The notes under the pieces are model-generated. The model was not told the DNA's origin. It was given only the letters and a program-made list of their open reading frames with translations, and did not search any database. A stretch of 41,842 nucleotides of DNA from Myxococcota bacterium (GTDB lineage Bacteria > Myxococcota > JACRCW01): assembly GCA_040752415.1 (NCBI GenBank), contig JBFMGU010000072.1:1-41842 (forward strand), given 5' to 3'. Positions 39,182-41,842 of the stretch are shown here, piece by piece (position 1 is the first letter of the stretch; the number at the start of each line of letters is the position of its first letter). Made by a program: the position numbers and the translations under genes.

Positions 39182-39209
39182 CGTGGGAGCGGGAGCTCTT
39201 CTCTTCAGC

Positions 39210-39824
39210 TCAGCCGCACTTCTCCACCTGGTTGAAGTCCAGCTCCACTGGCGTGGGACGACCGAAGATGCTGACCGTCACGCGCAGCTTCGCCTTGTCG
39301 GTGCGCACGTCCTCGACGGTGCCCGTGAAGTTGGCGAACGGCCCCTCGGTGACGCGCACCGTGTTGCCTTCCTCGAACACCACGCGGGGCTTGGGCTTGA
39401 GGACGCCCTCGGTCATCTGGCTCGTCAGGCGACGCACCTCCGCCTCCGGCACAGGCGGCGGGTTGGTGTCGTTGCTGCCCACGAAGCCGGTGACCTTCGG
39501 CGTGTTCTTGACGGCGTAGAAGGTCTTATCGCTCAGCACCATCTGCACCAGGATGTACCCGGGCATGAACTTGCGCTTGGTGGTGCGCTTGGTGCCGCGG
39601 ACCGTCTCCTGCACCGTCTCGGTGGGAACCAGGATCTCGCCAAAGACGTCCTGGAGGTTCTCCATCCGGATGCGGTCTTCCAGGCTCTTCTTGGCCTTGT
39701 TCTCGTAGCCGCTGTACGTGTGGACCACGTACCACTTCATCTTGGAGGCGGTGGGAGAGGCGGCCTTGCCGGCGTCAGCAGCAGGGGTGGCGGGGGTGTC
39801 TTCACCGGTAGCGGGGTTGGTCAT
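39210..39824 (-). CDS. nusG: Transcription termination/antitermination factor NusG
   Basis: [48 protein letters not shown]. Confidence 0.99.
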   Translation of the reverse strand: MTNPATGEDTPATPAADAGKAASPTASKMKWYVVHTYSGYENKAKKSLEDRIRMENLQDVFGEILVPTETVQETVRGTKRTTKRKFMPGYILVQMVLSDKTFYAVKNTPKVTGFVGSNDTNPPPVPEAEVRRLTSQMTEGVLKPKPRVVFEEGNTVRVTEGPFANFTGTVEDVRTDKAKLRVTVSIFGRPTPVELDFNQVEKCG

Positions 39825-39846
39825 GGCCTAGCCTCATCCGTTCTCT

Positions 39847-40224
39847 TCAGAAGATGCGCTCAATGACCCAGTTGAAGCCCAGGTCAAACGCGCCCAGCAC
39901 CAGGCTGACCGCCACGCTGGTCACAATGACCACCACGGTGGCCGCCCGCGTCTCCGCGGCGGTGGGCCAGGTCACCTTGCGCAACTCCGCCACAACCTCC
40001 TGCGCCAGCGTGTTGATGCGCGGGTTGCGCCACGTGAAGAACGCAGCGCCAAAGCCAATGGCCGCGGCAATGGCGGTGGTAACGGTGAACTGGTCGCCCA
40101 GCAGCGGCTGGTCAAAGATGCCGAGGGTCAGGAACGTCCAGTGCAGCGTGTGGCCCAGCACAAAGCTGACCAGCAGCGCCGCGATGATGAACGCAATGGC
40201 AACAATTCCAGCCGCAGACTGCAT
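39847..40224 (-). CDS. secE: Preprotein translocase subunit SecE (multi-pass type)
   Basis: ELRKVTWP motif before the C-terminal TM helix; between tRNA-Trp and nusG; start uncertain (ATG 40224 or GTG 40269). Confidence 0.93.
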   Translation of the reverse strand: MQSAAGIVAIAFIIAALLVSFVLGHTLHWTFLTLGIFDQPLLGDQFTVTTAIAAAIGFGAAFFTWRNPRINTLAQEVVAELRKVTWPTAAETRAATVVVIVTSVAVSLVLGAFDLGFNWVIERIF

Positions 40225-40280
40225 GGGAACCACCGCCCTCGTGCCCGCTTGGGCTCTCCCCGCAGGCACGGGGAAGAAAT

Positions 40281-40356
<76 letters not shown>

Positions 40357-40403
40357 AGCTGAACCTTCCAGGCCCGCCTGCCATCACGGGCCCGTCACCC
40401 AAA

Positions 40404-40559
40404 CTACTTCTTCTGCTCCTTGTGTTCATGGTGCGTGCGGCACCACGGACAGTACTTCCGGAGCACAAGCTTGTCCGTCTTGCGCTTCTCCGGCTTGGTC
40501 GTCGCGTAGTTGCGACGCTTGCAGTTGGAGCACTCCATCAACACCACGGTGAATGCCAT
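40404..40559 (-). CDS. rpmG: 50S ribosomal protein L33 (zinc-binding type)
   Basis: LMECSNCKRRNYAT...LRKYCPWCRTHHEHKE; ATG 40559; between tuf and tRNA-Trp. Confidence 0.96.
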   Translation of the reverse strand: MAFTVVLMECSNCKRRNYATTKPEKRKTDKLVLRKYCPWCRTHHEHKEQKK

Positions 40560-40638
40560 CTGAAACTCCGGTGCAATGCAAAATTGCGTGGCGGCCCCAC
40601 ACCCCCGCGGGACCGCCACGCCCCCCCAGCAAGCTCAC

Positions 40639-41832
<1,194 letters not shown>

Positions 41833-41842
41833 GTCCGTCTCC

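Overview
High-GC bacterial DNA, most likely from a Myxococcota (myxobacteria-like) genome; this is inferred from a DUF2378-type gene, two MYXO-CTERM-like sorting tails and a myxobacterial-type FliI/SctN ATPase. The right third (27.2-41.8 kb, minus strand) is the core cluster tuf-rpmG-tRNA-Trp-secE-nusG-rplK-rplA-rplJ-rplL-rpoB-rpoC, interrupted by a truncated Uma2-type nuclease remnant between nusG and rplK. The left two thirds hold a 5'-truncated DEAD-box helicase, a prkA-yeaH-spoVR triad, a LolA-like gene, a lone PmbA/TldE, tRNA-Ala(GGC), a DsbD-N/redoxin pair, uppP, two convergent surface proteins, an MBL-hydrolase/cNMP-binding fusion and hemH. The best candidate for an undescribed system is a FliI/SctN ATPase with no other recognisable T3SS or flagellar gene in the window. 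It heads a tightly packed operon of Zn-ribbon, TPR, DUF2378, gluzincin lipoprotein and beta-barrel genes. Also notable are a matrixin-like protein lacking all zinc ligands, a surface protein with a tandem duplicated unrecognised domain, and a structured RBS-sequestering leader. No CRISPR array, rRNA, integrase or transposase was seen. All family calls come from motif recognition by eye, not database searches.
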